Numbered from the stretch's first letter, positions 18,192 through 28,084 are shown. The stretch is DNA of 64,000 nt from an uncultured Spirochaetales bacterium (GCA_949295125.1 CASFJV010000052.1:5686-69685); one strand, 5' to 3'. The notes: generated by a model not told the origin, from the sequence alone. Translations and numbers: made by a program.

Positions 18192-20153
18192 ATGTTTAAA
18201 AGGGCAATGATCATAGCAGCAGTATTTTTTTCTGTTTTTTCCATCTTTGCAGACAGTTCAGCTTTCACTGATGATTATCTGCTTGTCGGAGATATTCCAA
18301 TAACCTATGGAGATGAATCATTCAGAAACCGCATTCTGGAGCGGACTCATGGAGAACGTGACCCGATCGGGCTTGTCCTCTCGGGAGGAAGTGCCAGAGC
18401 CTTAGCCCATCTTGGTGTGCTTGAATACCTGGAAGAAAATGGAATTGTCCCTGATTTCATCATAAGCAATTCGATGGGATCGATTGTTGCACTTTTATAT
18501 GCTGCAGGACTTGAGCCGGACCAGATAATTGATTTTCTTGAAGTAGGTGAGCTTTCAAGCTATTTCAATATTTCCCTTCCTATAAGGGGAGGCATTTTAA
18601 GCGCTGGTGGCTTTGAAAGCCTTGTCTCTTCCGTAGTGGGACCGGATCTCAGGATAGAGGATCTTGAAATACCTGTAATGGTAATCTGCGATGACCTTGT
18701 GACAGAGAGGGAAGTGAGGATCGCAGAAGGCCCGTTCATTGATGTATTCATGGCTTCCTTTGCAATGCCTGTATATTTTTCTCCCGTAATTTATGAAGGG
18801 CATCTGCTTGTCGATGGCGGAGTGAAGTCCCTTGTGCCCATCAATGCGGCATATGACTATACAGATACCGTAATCGTATCCACCACATTCTATGATCTTG
18901 ATACCCTGAACCTTATAAATCCGATCACAATCCTCAATAGGACTTTCGATATCGGCAAGAGGCAGAGAGCATCTTACGAGACAAAGGGCAAGGATTTCAT
19001 ATGGATAAGGTGCGGAGTGGAGCAATTCTCCTTCATGGACTTTGGAGCCGCCGCTGAAATGAAGGAAATTGGATATCAGTCAGCAAAGGAAGAAGAGGAG
19101 AAACTTTCAAAGCTGTTCAAGACGGGCTCTGCCAATTTCAGCGAGAACAGGAAGAAGTATGCAGAGAGCATAAGCAAGGCAAGAAGGAACCTTTATTACT
19201 TTGGAAGGATAGAGGCCAGCACTCCAACCAATATACTGACAATCGGGGCAAAGAACCATCAGAGTAAGGATACATACCTTAATGAATCAACGCTCATTGG
19301 AATCCAGTATGAGTTCCTTTACAGCATGATAGATATAAATGCAACAGCTGGCTGGGCGTTCAACAGCCATACAGGAAGCTATTGCTATAATGCTCCTGCT
19401 GTTGATCTGGGCTTCAATTTCTATCCCCTCCATTCCCTTAAGTTCACGCTTGAGGCAAGTGCAGCATGGTATGGCTGGCAGTGGCTTCCCAATATCTATG
19501 CCCATCAAAGCCTTGAATGGAAAGCGTTTGCTGAGGATTTCCTCTCAATTTCTGTCTTTGAGAGTGTTGAGGGCAATTACAGCAGCACTGGAGAGTCCTA
19601 TCTGGTGGACTCAGGAGTGAAAGGGGAGTTTTCAAGCGGGATTTTCAATGGAAGGTTCAACCTTTCATATATGCTGATAAAATCGCTTAATGAGCTTAAT
19701 TTCGGCCATTTCATCAACCTAGCATCTGACAACAGGATTACCCTTCCTCTTTCGTTCTTCATTGATTTCGGCCTTACTGAGAGGGTAAGGGTTGACGGAA
19801 AGCGCAATGTTCCCCTTTATTTTGCAGACGGTTTTGAAAGCAGCTTCATTGATCCTGTCTATGGCTATGAGAATGGAGATAACTACACTACGTCTGTCAT
19901 ACGCATAAGCTCTGGCTACAGGTTTGCAGATGGAACGACAATAGGGGAGTTCCTGATCATAAACGACAGTGAGATATCTGCATATTTTGATATGCTGCTC
20001 TCAGATCTTGAATTCTATTATTCAACTGGAGTGGAGATGCAGACAAAACTGAGCCTTATAGGGCTTGTCGATCTTCCCCTGAGGCTGCGCTTGGGATATA
20101 ACAGCCTCTCAGGTACATTCACAGGATCCCTGCTGTTCTCGACTTCTTACTGA
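18192..20153 (+). CDS. Patatin-like phospholipase fused to a C-terminal outer-membrane beta-barrel (PlpD/FplA, type Vd-like architecture)
   Basis: Signal peptide, then the patatin motifs LSGGSARALAHLGVLE, SNSMGS and VDGG. The last ~300 residues have alternating aromatic/Gly beta-strand character and end in ...LLFSTSY. Confidence 0.7.
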   Translation: MFKRAMIIAAVFFSVFSIFADSSAFTDDYLLVGDIPITYGDESFRNRILERTHGERDPIGLVLSGGSARALAHLGVLEYLEENGIVPDFIISNSMGSIVALLYAAGLEPDQIIDFLEVGELSSYFNISLPIRGGILSAGGFESLVSSVVGPDLRIEDLEIPVMVICDDLVTEREVRIAEGPFIDVFMASFAMPVYFSPVIYEGHLLVDGGVKSLVPINAAYDYTDTVIVSTTFYDLDTLNLINPITILNRTFDIGKRQRASYETKGKDFIWIRCGVEQFSFMDFGAAAEMKEIGYQSAKEEEEKLSKLFKTGSANFSENRKKYAESISKARRNLYYFGRIEASTPTNILTIGAKNHQSKDTYLNESTLIGIQYEFLYSMIDINATAGWAFNSHTGSYCYNAPAVDLGFNFYPLHSLKFTLEASAAWYGWQWLPNIYAHQSLEWKAFAEDFLSISVFESVEGNYSSTGESYLVDSGVKGEFSSGIFNGRFNLSYMLIKSLNELNFGHFINLASDNRITLPLSFFIDFGLTERVRVDGKRNVPLYFADGFESSFIDPVYGYENGDNYTTSVIRISSGYRFADGTTIGEFLIINDSEISAYFDMLLSDLEFYYSTGVEMQTKLSLIGLVDLPLRLRLGYNSLSGTFTGSLLFSTSY

Positions 20154-21229
20154 TTGCTGTGCCTCTCAAGCCACTTCTCATCATCTTCGTTGAGCTCTGT
20201 ATCCACGTCATCAGGATCGTCGTGGACTTTCCTCTCTCCTTTCATGAAGGAATCGTCCCTGAAGTCAGGCAGGGCCTCAAAGCCTGGTAGGATATCAAGG
20301 CTGCACTCTTCTTTTTCTACTTTCCTGATCCTTGGAAGCCCCTTCTTTATCGACAGGGTCTTATCTGAGTTTACTGCTTCGACCCAGAGAAGCCTTGTCT
20401 TTGGATTGCTAAGCCCTTCAATTGCCGTTTCAATTTCTTCCTTTGTCAGCAGTGATGTGTTTGAAAAGGATGTATATGTTGCATCCCTGAGCTTTTTGAC
20501 TGCATCTGCGACATGGCCGTACTTAAGGTACACCATTGCATAGTGTATGTATGGCTCGGGGTATGTAGGCTCAACCTGGCTGAAGAGCTTTTCAAGAGTG
20601 ACGCCTGCTTTCTTATACTCATTGGAAAGGATGAAGAATATCGCCTGGATGTCTATTAGATTGAGGCTTGTTGCGTTGTAATGGAATGCTTCTGCAAGCG
20701 TTTTCCTGTAATTCCTCCTGTCGTTTGCCGCAAGGTAGTAAAGGCATAGGTTTGCATAAAGGTTTGCATTCTTTGCCTTTTCTGCTTTCGCTTCTTCTGA
20801 CAGCTTTATTGCCCTATCTATGTCTCCCTTCATGTAGCAGTACATTGAAAGGGATACCTTTGCGCTTGTGCGGATATTCTTTGAACCGCTTTTTATCATC
20901 TCCTCAAGGCTCTTATGGGCTTTCTCAATGTCTCCATGCTGGAGTACCAGGGTGGCTGCTATGACCGTATAGTTCTCTGAACATCCGAGATCAAGTGCCT
21001 TCTCCATCATCTTTATGCCTTTTTCCATCTCATATGGATTCCTTCTTCCAATGATCCTGGATGCTTTTGCATATACTGCGTTTCCCCGGCTCAGGACTGC
21101 AAGGATTACCAGTCCTATGACAAGTACGGAAAGCTTTGCCTGATTGGCATAATCCGTGAAGAATGTGAAGCTTATCATCAGGATGATGACCAGCAGGCAT
21201 GTCGCCATTTTATATTTTCTCATAATCAC
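20147..21229 (-). CDS. Membrane-anchored TPR-repeat protein
   Basis: Two N-terminal TM helices, then TPR-like repeats (for example AIKLSEEAKAEKAKNANLYANLCLYY) and an acidic C-terminal tail. Confidence 0.65.
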   Translation of the reverse strand: MIMRKYKMATCLLVIILMISFTFFTDYANQAKLSVLVIGLVILAVLSRGNAVYAKASRIIGRRNPYEMEKGIKMMEKALDLGCSENYTVIAATLVLQHGDIEKAHKSLEEMIKSGSKNIRTSAKVSLSMYCYMKGDIDRAIKLSEEAKAEKAKNANLYANLCLYYLAANDRRNYRKTLAEAFHYNATSLNLIDIQAIFFILSNEYKKAGVTLEKLFSQVEPTYPEPYIHYAMVYLKYGHVADAVKKLRDATYTSFSNTSLLTKEEIETAIEGLSNPKTRLLWVEAVNSDKTLSIKKGLPRIRKVEKEECSLDILPGFEALPDFRDDSFMKGERKVHDDPDDVDTELNEDDEKWLERHSNQ

Positions 21230-21265
21230 CTACTAATTATTATGAATTTATTTTATATTTAGCAT

Positions 21266-21820
21266 ATGCAAAATGGTGAAAAAATTCTACTTCATGTATG
21301 CTGCGGTCCATGCTCTACCAGCTCTATAGAGCGTCTTCTTTCCGAGGGCTGGGATCCTGTGCTGTATTTCTCCAACAGCAATATAGATACTGAAGAGGAA
21401 TTTGAGAAAAGGTATGCAGAGCTTCTGAAAGTTGCATCTTTAAATGGCCTTAAAGTGTATAAGGATGTGTATGACCATGATGCATGGCATAATGCCATAA
21501 AAGGATTTGAGAGGGAAAGGGAAGGGGGAGCGAGGTGCTCTCTCTGCTTTGACTACAGCCTCAGGAGAGCCTTTGAAAAGGCAAATGAACTTGGAATCAG
21601 GCATTTCTGCACAAGCCTTACGGTTTCAAGATTCAAGAACTCCCAGAGAATTTTCTCCATCGGTGAGAAGTATGAAGGATTTGAGAAGATAGACTTCAAG
21701 AAGAAGGATGGCTTTACTAGGTCAATAGTGCTTTCCCGTGCTATGGGGCTTTACAGGCAGAATTACTGCGGATGCGAATACTCCAGGAAAGAGAGGGAGA
21801 AGGATGAGAAAACTGTTTAA
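21266..21820 (+). CDS. queH: Epoxyqueuosine reductase QueH
   Basis: The DUF208/QueH cysteine pattern is present: LLHVCCGPC, CSLCFDYSL and YCGCEYS. Confidence 0.85.
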   Translation: MQNGEKILLHVCCGPCSTSSIERLLSEGWDPVLYFSNSNIDTEEEFEKRYAELLKVASLNGLKVYKDVYDHDAWHNAIKGFEREREGGARCSLCFDYSLRRAFEKANELGIRHFCTSLTVSRFKNSQRIFSIGEKYEGFEKIDFKKKDGFTRSIVLSRAMGLYRQNYCGCEYSRKEREKDEKTV

Positions 21821-23330
21821 GATAATTACATCCCGCCTTGTGTGGTCTGCTCTTCTGATCCTGTTTGAGTTCTGCATAATGGCTTACCTTGTGTTCTATG
21901 CCTCATATGTGCTCGGCTACTATATCTACTTCTACCTTCTCAGTGCGGTAGTGACCATTTTCGTGCTTACAAGAAAGGAAAACCCGTCGTATAAGGCTGT
22001 ATGGCTTGCTCTTGCATCCCTTTTCCCGACCCTGGGCGGAGTTCTTTACCTGATATTCGGAAACAAGAAAATAGGTCACAGGGCAGAAAAAAGGCTGAAA
22101 GATTATGTTAACAGCCACCTGACACTCTCAAAGGATACAAAGGAGATGAGGGAAGCCATATCCATGATGGAAAGCGATGAAGACAAAAGGATGGCTTCAT
22201 ACATTTACAACATGACGGGGCTTCCTGCCTATACGAATACGGAGGCTACATACTTTCCTACAGGTGAAGAGTTCTTCAGGGATCTCTACGGAGAGCTTGA
22301 TAAGGCAGAAAGGTACATATTCCTTGAATACTTCATAATCGGGCAGGGCGAGATATGGGATAAAACGCTTGAGATACTGAAGAGGAAAGTGAATGAAGGT
22401 GTCGATGTGCGCCTGCTCTATGATGATATGGGATCAATCAATGCAGTCCCTTTAGGCTATGACAGGTACCTCAGGCAGTTCGGGATAAAGGCCTATGCCT
22501 TCAACCCTGTGAAGATCCACCTCAATCCGCGCCTCAATTTCCGTGATCACAGGAAAATCCTTTCCATAGATGGCGAAGTCTGCTATACAGGAGGGCTCAA
22601 TCTTTCTGATGAATATGCGAACAGGACCATACGTTTTGGATACTGGAAGGACAATGCAATAAAGATAAGGGGGGATGCGTGCTTTTCCCTTACAAGGCTT
22701 TTCCTTGAGTCGTGGCTGACAATCACAAAGGAAAAAGGGGTGGATCTTGAGCAGTACAGGCCTCATGGCATGGTGAAGAATGACGGCCTTGTGCAGGTTT
22801 TCGGTGCAAATCCTTTCTTTCCTGTCCCAATGGGAGAGAATGCATACCTGAACATAATCAACAGCGCAAAACGCTATATCTGGATCACAACTCCATACCT
22901 GATCCCTGATGACAAGCTGCTGGATGCCCTTTGCATGGCAGCCGAGAGCGGGATAGATGTCAGGATAGTCACTCCAAATTATCCAGATAAGCCTCAGGTC
23001 CACGAAGTGACAAGGAGCAATTACGATGACCTGATTGAATCCGGAGTGAAGATCTATGAGTTCACCCCGGGCTTTGTGCATTCCAAGATGTTCCTCTCTG
23101 ATGATGAGAGGGCAATTGTCGGAACCACGAACCTGGATTACAGGTCTTTCTTCCTGCATTTTGAGCTTTCTGTAGCTTTTTATGGCTCTTCAATCCTTGA
23201 AAGCGTGAAGAAGGATTTCATCTCCATTTTCGATATTTCAAGGGAGATGAAGATAGGGGAAGACCGCAATATAAGCCTGGTGAGAAAAGCGTTCAGGTAT
23301 TTTTATAAGCTATTTTCCCCGGCTTTGTGA
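21804..23330 (+). CDS. cls: Cardiolipin synthase (PLD superfamily)
   Basis: Two N-terminal TM helices and two HKD motifs (RDHRKILSIDGEVCYTGGLN and FVHSKMFLSDDERAIVGTTN). The ATG at 21804 overlaps the queH end. Confidence 0.9.
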   Translation: MRKLFKIITSRLVWSALLILFEFCIMAYLVFYASYVLGYYIYFYLLSAVVTIFVLTRKENPSYKAVWLALASLFPTLGGVLYLIFGNKKIGHRAEKRLKDYVNSHLTLSKDTKEMREAISMMESDEDKRMASYIYNMTGLPAYTNTEATYFPTGEEFFRDLYGELDKAERYIFLEYFIIGQGEIWDKTLEILKRKVNEGVDVRLLYDDMGSINAVPLGYDRYLRQFGIKAYAFNPVKIHLNPRLNFRDHRKILSIDGEVCYTGGLNLSDEYANRTIRFGYWKDNAIKIRGDACFSLTRLFLESWLTITKEKGVDLEQYRPHGMVKNDGLVQVFGANPFFPVPMGENAYLNIINSAKRYIWITTPYLIPDDKLLDALCMAAESGIDVRIVTPNYPDKPQVHEVTRSNYDDLIESGVKIYEFTPGFVHSKMFLSDDERAIVGTTNLDYRSFFLHFELSVAFYGSSILESVKKDFISIFDISREMKIGEDRNISLVRKAFRYFYKLFSPAL

Positions 23331-23343
23331 TATACTTTTTCCT

Positions 23344-23664
23344 ATGAAACAGAACAATGTAATGCAGACAGATGAAGGACAAAGGGCACTTGAAGACATT
23401 CTGAACGTTGCTTGCCAGATAGATGATCCAAATGAAATGAGGTCCCTTTTTGAAGACCTGTTTACGGAAGCGGAGATTTCTGATTTCGTTCTCAGATGGC
23501 TTTTGATGGATGACCTGAAAAGGGGAAAAAGCCAGCGTGATATAGCAAAAAGCAGGAATATAAGCCTCTGTAAGATCACAAGGGGCTCACAGATGCTCAA
23601 AAAGAAGAACGGGTTCATGAGATCTCTCCTTTCTGAGCGTTACGATGATCACCTGCATCTTTAG
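23344..23664 (+). CDS. TrpR-like (YerC/YecD family) DNA-binding protein
   Basis: 106 aa. LFTEAEISDFVLRWLLMDDLKRGKSQRDIAKSRNISLCKITRGS matches the Trp-repressor-family HTH pattern. Confidence 0.7.
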   Translation: MKQNNVMQTDEGQRALEDILNVACQIDDPNEMRSLFEDLFTEAEISDFVLRWLLMDDLKRGKSQRDIAKSRNISLCKITRGSQMLKKKNGFMRSLLSERYDDHLHL

Positions 23665-23674
23665 ACATGAATAA

Positions 23675-23693
23675 AGGGGGCATGATGCCCCCT
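23675..23693. terminator. Bidirectional hairpin between convergent genes
   Basis: AGGGGGCAT-G-ATGCCCCCT is a near-perfect palindrome between the trpR-like stop (23664) and the helicase stop (23698). Confidence 0.55.
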
Positions 23694-23697
23694 GGTA

Positions 23698-25506
23698 CTA
23701 CCTTCTCTTTTTCTTGCTTTTTGTTTTCTCTTTCCTCTTTTTGTTTATGCTTGGCTTTGGAGAGCCATCGAGACGGAGATCCTGTCCATACGGCTGGTAC
23801 TCTTCCTTTCTCCTTCTCCTTTCACGCCTTCCCATTCTCCCTTCAGCTTTATCCGGCCTGCTGCTTTTCTCTTCCCTGTCAAGTTCGTCTTCATGGGCTT
23901 TCGTGATTATGGATCTGCCCTTGCTGTTTGAATAGTGCTTCAGTATTTTTTCTGCAGCAGCTTCGGGAGCATTTAAAAATGAGAAATTCTCCATGACCTC
24001 AATTCCAGTCAGATCCTCATCCTTCACTCCGCTTACTTCAGCGCATATGCCCTGGGCAAGGCTCTTCTTTGTCAGGCCGTCCCTTCTTCCACGCGCAACA
24101 AACAGCCTTACAAGGGAACTTCCTTCCGCTTCTTTTGCCTTCTCTTTCCTTCCTTTTGACCTTTCCCCCTTTTCTGATGGGCTTGATATCTTCTTATACT
24201 GGCTCTTGTCAAGTTCATCCTTGTAGATTGATCCGATAAGTGCAGCAAATGCCCTCAGCGGATCCTTTTCTTCCTTCAGAAGTGAATATGCAATGGCTAC
24301 ATAGTCTTCCTTAGGATCAGCAGAGATCTTCTCCTTCAGGTCTGACATGATCTTCACGCGCTTTGCTGCAATAACTTCTTCAGGAGTTGGAACCTCTTGC
24401 TTCTCTATCTCACTGGATGTGACTTTCCTTATGAAGCTGAATCTTCTCTGCTCCCTTGGAGTTATGAACGTGATTGCAGTTCCCTCCTTTCCGGCTCTTC
24501 CTGTGCGCCCGACGCGGTGGATATATACCTCCGGATCTTCTGGAATGGAGTAGTTGATGACATGCGTAAGCTCATGGATGTCGAGACCGCGGGAAGCAAC
24601 ATCTGTCGCAACCAGGATTGAAAGGTGCTTTTCCTTCATTCTCTTTATTACTACTTCCCTTTCCCTCTGAGAGAGGTCTCCATGCAGGGCCTGAGCGTCA
24701 TAGCCGCGGCTGATAAGCTTGTTTGCAATCTCTTCGCACTGCACCTTTGTGCGGCAGAAGATCACTCCGTAGAAACCAACTTCCCTGTCAATTATCCTCG
24801 TAAGGGCTTCAAGCTTGTCAGACTCCCTTACCTCGAAATAGATCTGATGGGTATTCCTGCTTGAGATGTCTTTCAGTTCCGTTCTCACAAGCTGGTAGTC
24901 ATGCATGAAGCGTTCTGCAATGGAGAGCACGGGCTTTGGCATTGTGGCTGAGAACATGAGCATCCTCTTATTTTCCGGTGTCTCGCTCAATATTGCTTCT
25001 ATATCTTCAATGAAACCCATGTCGAGCATCTCATCAGCCTCATCAAGGACTGCGAATTTCAGATTTCCAAGCTTCAGTGTCCCTCTCTTTATGTGGTCCA
25101 GTACACGCCCTGGAGTTCCTACAACTACGTCAACTCCTTTCTTAAGGGCTTTAAGCTGAGTCTCCATGCTTGCCCCGCCGTATACTGTGAGAACTTCTAT
25201 TTCCTTGCTGCCCTTAAGGCTCTTGATCTCATCTGCAACCTGAAGTGCCAGTTCCCTGGTCGGGCAGAGTATCAGAGCTTCCGGCAGCTTTGCCTTTCCT
25301 TCAATAGTCTCAATGATGGGAAGTGCAAATGCAGCTGTCTTTCCTGTTCCTGTCTGAGCCTGTCCTATTACCTCCGTATTATCCTGCAGAAGCAGTGGTA
25401 TGCAGAGGCGCTGTATCTCTGTCGGCTCTGTAAATCCCTTTGCCTTTAGGGCCTCAATGGTCTTGTCGCTTAGACCTAGGTTCTTAAACTCTTCTAAATT
25501 ATTCAT
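23698..25506 (-). CDS. DEAD-box ATP-dependent RNA helicase (DeaD/CsdA-like) with a DbpA-type RNA-binding domain and a basic tail
   Basis: Q-motif GFTEPTEIQ, AQTGTGKT, DEAD (VLDEADEM), SAT and HRVGRTGRAG. The C-terminal part has a DbpA-like segment and a K/R-rich tail. Confidence 0.9.
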   Translation of the reverse strand: MNNLEEFKNLGLSDKTIEALKAKGFTEPTEIQRLCIPLLLQDNTEVIGQAQTGTGKTAAFALPIIETIEGKAKLPEALILCPTRELALQVADEIKSLKGSKEIEVLTVYGGASMETQLKALKKGVDVVVGTPGRVLDHIKRGTLKLGNLKFAVLDEADEMLDMGFIEDIEAILSETPENKRMLMFSATMPKPVLSIAERFMHDYQLVRTELKDISSRNTHQIYFEVRESDKLEALTRIIDREVGFYGVIFCRTKVQCEEIANKLISRGYDAQALHGDLSQREREVVIKRMKEKHLSILVATDVASRGLDIHELTHVINYSIPEDPEVYIHRVGRTGRAGKEGTAITFITPREQRRFSFIRKVTSSEIEKQEVPTPEEVIAAKRVKIMSDLKEKISADPKEDYVAIAYSLLKEEKDPLRAFAALIGSIYKDELDKSQYKKISSPSEKGERSKGRKEKAKEAEGSSLVRLFVARGRRDGLTKKSLAQGICAEVSGVKDEDLTGIEVMENFSFLNAPEAAAEKILKHYSNSKGRSIITKAHEDELDREEKSSRPDKAEGRMGRRERRRRKEEYQPYGQDLRLDGSPKPSINKKRKEKTKSKKKRR

Positions 25507-25515
25507 AGCGCATGA

Positions 25516-25544
25516 AGTCTATAGTATAAAATAACTTATTGCAA
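25516..25544 (-). promoter_or_regulatory. Candidate promoter of the helicase gene, implying a leaderless or near-leaderless mRNA
   Basis: On the minus strand, TTGCAA (25544-25539), a 17-nt spacer, then TAGACT (25521-25516). The ATG ends at 25504-25506, and there is no SD in between. Confidence 0.35.
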
Positions 25545-25790
25545 TATCTATTTTTAAGAAAAATCAACAGGAAAGCTGGTTTTAGAGGATGAAAAAGAGG
25601 CATTCAGGGCAGGATTGCCTTATGACATGCCATTTCAGTTTCCAGTCAAGTCAGATCCTGTTATCTGTAGTAATCAGCCAGTTTGGGGAAGATTCAAGGC
25701 TTTTCTGCTTTTGCAATGTTCTGAAAAACCATACTGCCAGGGGAAAATTCATTAATGATAAGTGCCAAAACCGGAGCTAAACTGAAATAA

Positions 25791-25806
25791 AGGCATTTTA
25801 ATGCCT
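25791..25806 (+). terminator. Weak hairpin plus T-rich tract with no annotated gene upstream
   Basis: AGGCA...TGCCT stem followed by GTTTAAGTTTTCTTTT. It lies 11 nt after the stop of the unsupported 63-aa ORF 25589-25780. Confidence 0.3.
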
Positions 25807-25824
25807 GTTTAAGTTTTCTTTTAA

Positions 25825-25854
25825 TTGACTAGCGTCATTTCTTGTTGATAAACT
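25825..25854 (+). promoter_or_regulatory. Candidate promoter for the LPP20-fold locus
   Basis: TTGACT (25825-25830), an 18-nt spacer ending in TG, then TAAACT (25849-25854). It lies about 40 nt upstream of the ATG at 25892. Confidence 0.3.
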
Positions 25855-25891
25855 AATTTTCGACATCTAATTTTGTTTCTCGGGGTTATGG

Positions 25892-28084
25892 ATGAAAAAG
25901 TTCGTTTCATTGCTTTTAGTGTATTTTATGTTGCTTCCGATCACATTTGCTCAGGATGTGACGGGAAATGGAATTGGAAGTACAGAAGAGGAAGCTTTAC
26001 GTTTTGCGCGAGAAGATGTAATCAGCCGTTTTTCAATCAATGTCTCTTCTCTGACATATACAGCAGATACAGACGATGGTGCATCAAATACATCATCTTC
26101 GATGTCCTCATACAGCCTTCAGTCCACATCATTCAATCTGTTGGGAAGTGTAGAGGATGTTAAGCAGGGAAAAGATGGCTACGTTGCTACATGTACGATA
26201 CCTGAAACATCAGCTCCGCTTTATGAAGCACAGCTGAATAACCTTTACAGCACAATCAATGCATTGAACAACCAGGTTGAAAGAGGAGATGCCCCAAGAA
26301 GCACTTACCTCAGGCTTATTACAGCCTTAAGGGATTATGAGCTTTACCAGACTGTTGTACTGACGCTCAATCCTTCAAGTTCTGTTGCAATGAGGAGCCT
26401 TCCCACTACCAGATCTGTAATTGAGAATGAATACCAGGCGATGCTCATCAGGGAAAACAACAATACCCAGATCACCGTTACAAACCTTCAGCAGCAGTCA
26501 GAAATGGGAATCCTCTCATTAGAGGGCAGGAGTGAGCTTAATGCAGCACTTGCCGCTCTGGAGGAGAACAGGAGGCAGCAGGAAGAGCTTAATATCCTTG
26601 CCCAGAGTGACTATGAACTGCAGAGGGAAGCATTCCAGCAGGAGATGGCAGCAACAGCACAGATGCTGCATGAAAACCTCTCATCCTATTTCACTGCGGA
26701 AGCAGCAGGCGGAGAGATGAATTATGCTCAGCTCATTAACCAGATAGAGGCTAACAGAGCTACCCTCCAGGCTATTAAGGACACACTCAACGACAGCCTT
26801 GGAAGCATCATGGATTCTTATGATGAGGAAGTTAAGAGGAGCAGGGAAGAAATCCTTCACTCCCCATACTCCCAGGATGAGCTTTATAACGGGCAGCCGA
26901 CGATGAGTGCCGTCAATTACAGGAATCAGAGGGCAGATGAAGCAGAAAAAGAGATAAGGGAGCGCTATAGTGCCCAGGCTGATTTGATATACAAGGAAGC
27001 ATTTGACAGGATGTCTGCCCTGACGGATTACACCCTCTCATATGTAGATGAGCTCAATGGAAAGACATTCAGGGTGAATTCATTTGATCCCGAAGTCTCT
27101 GCAGCTGTAGACAGGTTTGTTGAAAATGCAGGGCTCTTCAGCGGAATTGCAACAATCACAATTGGAAACTCATCAATTGACCTTATTTTCAGGATTCCTT
27201 ACGAAGCCTGGACAGGTGAGAAGGCTGCATCATCTTCTGATTTTGCAGCATTCACTCAGTACAGGGATACAGGAAATGACTGGCTTGATATCTTCACTAA
27301 GTTCCCGGAAATCTTCACGATTGAGTTTACATTCACTGTCAATAATGACCTCAGCTCTGAATATGAGATCACATTTGAAAGCTATACAATCACCAGGAAT
27401 GATACAGGGGAAGAGGTGTTCAGTGACAGCATCAGCCAGAACGACACCTTACGCTATCCTTCAAGGACGAGCCTGACAGATTTCACGGTATCAAATGGTG
27501 AACTGGTTGATTATGGAAAATACGTATATTCCAGAGAAAAAGTTGATCTTGGAATAACGGTATCTGATGAAGTTGAGAAGGAAGAAACGGCCGAGAGTTC
27601 AGCATCAGAAGTAAAGGAGGAAAAGGGCAGAAGCAGAACTCCTTTAAAGTCCTTCATGGATGATGAGCTTATGATAGAAGTCTATGGCAATGGGCTTTGG
27701 AACAGCACAGGATTTGATACCATGTCTATCGGCTTGAAGTTTGTTCCGACAACAAGGACTTTCACTTACGGCTTTGATGCAGAGTGGCTTTTCAGGCTGG
27801 ATCAGCCTGCAACTGTAAGCAAGGGATATATCGGGGTAGGACTCAACACTTTCTTCCCTGTTGCATCCTTTATGAATATCTATGTTGATGCCTCTGTCGG
27901 TGTTGGATCATGGTTTGGAGAAGGAATTGATCTTGCAGAAAGTGTTTTCTTCGGAGCTGTAGGAAGAGCCGGGTTCTATTTCGATCTTGGAAGCCTGTTT
28001 GCTCTGGATGTAGGAGGAACTGTTTCCTGGATGGACAGCACTCTCTACTATGGTGCACATCTTGGAGTTGTTTTCCACATATAA
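25892..28084 (+). CDS. Large secreted protein: LPP20-like N-domain, coiled-coil, beta-rich middle, beta-barrel-like C-terminus (paralog of 32114-34564)
   Basis: Signal peptide ...LLPITFA/QD. GNGIGSTEEEALRFAREDVISRFS resembles the LPP20 core. A long Q/E-rich helical region follows. The last ~130 aa are Gly/aromatic with alternating pattern. Blocks can be aligned by eye with the 816-aa protein. Confidence 0.6.
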   Translation: MKKFVSLLLVYFMLLPITFAQDVTGNGIGSTEEEALRFAREDVISRFSINVSSLTYTADTDDGASNTSSSMSSYSLQSTSFNLLGSVEDVKQGKDGYVATCTIPETSAPLYEAQLNNLYSTINALNNQVERGDAPRSTYLRLITALRDYELYQTVVLTLNPSSSVAMRSLPTTRSVIENEYQAMLIRENNNTQITVTNLQQQSEMGILSLEGRSELNAALAALEENRRQQEELNILAQSDYELQREAFQQEMAATAQMLHENLSSYFTAEAAGGEMNYAQLINQIEANRATLQAIKDTLNDSLGSIMDSYDEEVKRSREEILHSPYSQDELYNGQPTMSAVNYRNQRADEAEKEIRERYSAQADLIYKEAFDRMSALTDYTLSYVDELNGKTFRVNSFDPEVSAAVDRFVENAGLFSGIATITIGNSSIDLIFRIPYEAWTGEKAASSSDFAAFTQYRDTGNDWLDIFTKFPEIFTIEFTFTVNNDLSSEYEITFESYTITRNDTGEEVFSDSISQNDTLRYPSRTSLTDFTVSNGELVDYGKYVYSREKVDLGITVSDEVEKEETAESSASEVKEEKGRSRTPLKSFMDDELMIEVYGNGLWNSTGFDTMSIGLKFVPTTRTFTYGFDAEWLFRLDQPATVSKGYIGVGLNTFFPVASFMNIYVDASVGVGSWFGEGIDLAESVFFGAVGRAGFYFDLGSLFALDVGGTVSWMDSTLYYGAHLGVVFHI

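Noticed and set aside
22452-23159. 235-aa minus-strand ORF inside cls
   Set aside because: It is antisense to a cardiolipin synthase with both HKD motifs. It has no supporting features.
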